Part shown: positions 63,983 to 64,000 of the stretch, piece by piece
How the letters are laid out: each line of letters starts with the position of its first letter
Numbering within the stretch: the stretch's first letter is position 1
NCBI GenBank assembly: GCA_964016885.1
Contig: OZ024743.1
Coordinates: 126,728,001 to 126,792,000, forward strand
Source of the DNA: Eledone cirrhosa
Taxonomy: Eukaryota
Length of the DNA stretch: 64,000 bases
Direction of reading: 5' to 3'
Made by a program: the position numbers and the translations under genes
The notes under the pieces: model-generated
The model's input: the letters and a program-made list of their open reading frames with translations, nothing else
Told to the model about the DNA's origin: nothing
Database searches by the model: none

Positions 63983-64000
63983 TTATACCCTTTATTATTT

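Larger units (their letters stand above)
62132..64000. repeat. Long inverted repeat (arms ~62132-62640 and ~63490-64000+), probably inverted Penelope-like terminal repeats
   Basis: Arms are reverse complements with ~3 substitutions outside microsatellites; right arm runs off the window. Confidence 0.93.

Overview
Eukaryotic (animal) AT-rich genomic DNA with no intact protein-coding gene; the SINE families look like those of octopus/cephalopods (inference). Bases 1 to ~53,400 are a tRNA-Gly(TCC) gene macrosatellite holding about 69 full, degenerate or partial tRNA copies (hand count; 6 match the consensus perfectly). It is built in tiers: an old ~0.9-1 kb tRNA+spacer monomer, a ~1.9-kb dimer repeated about 6.5 times (1-12.7 kb), and a ~6.5-kb higher-order unit repeated 5.7 times (12.7-49.8 kb). 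Each 6.5-kb unit has nine tRNA-derived copies, an internal inversion and one SINE. The regular array ends at a decayed CRE-clade non-LTR retrotransposon (RT + restriction-like endonuclease, minus strand, 49.8-51.7 kb), followed by three more CRE relics. The rest is repeat-rich flank: a hAT MITE, young SINEs with target-site duplications, microsatellites, a type I hammerhead ribozyme motif (61.5 kb), and a large inverted repeat with hammerhead-like ends (62.1-64.0 kb), probably Penelope-like. Nearly all ORFs in the supplied track are spurious.
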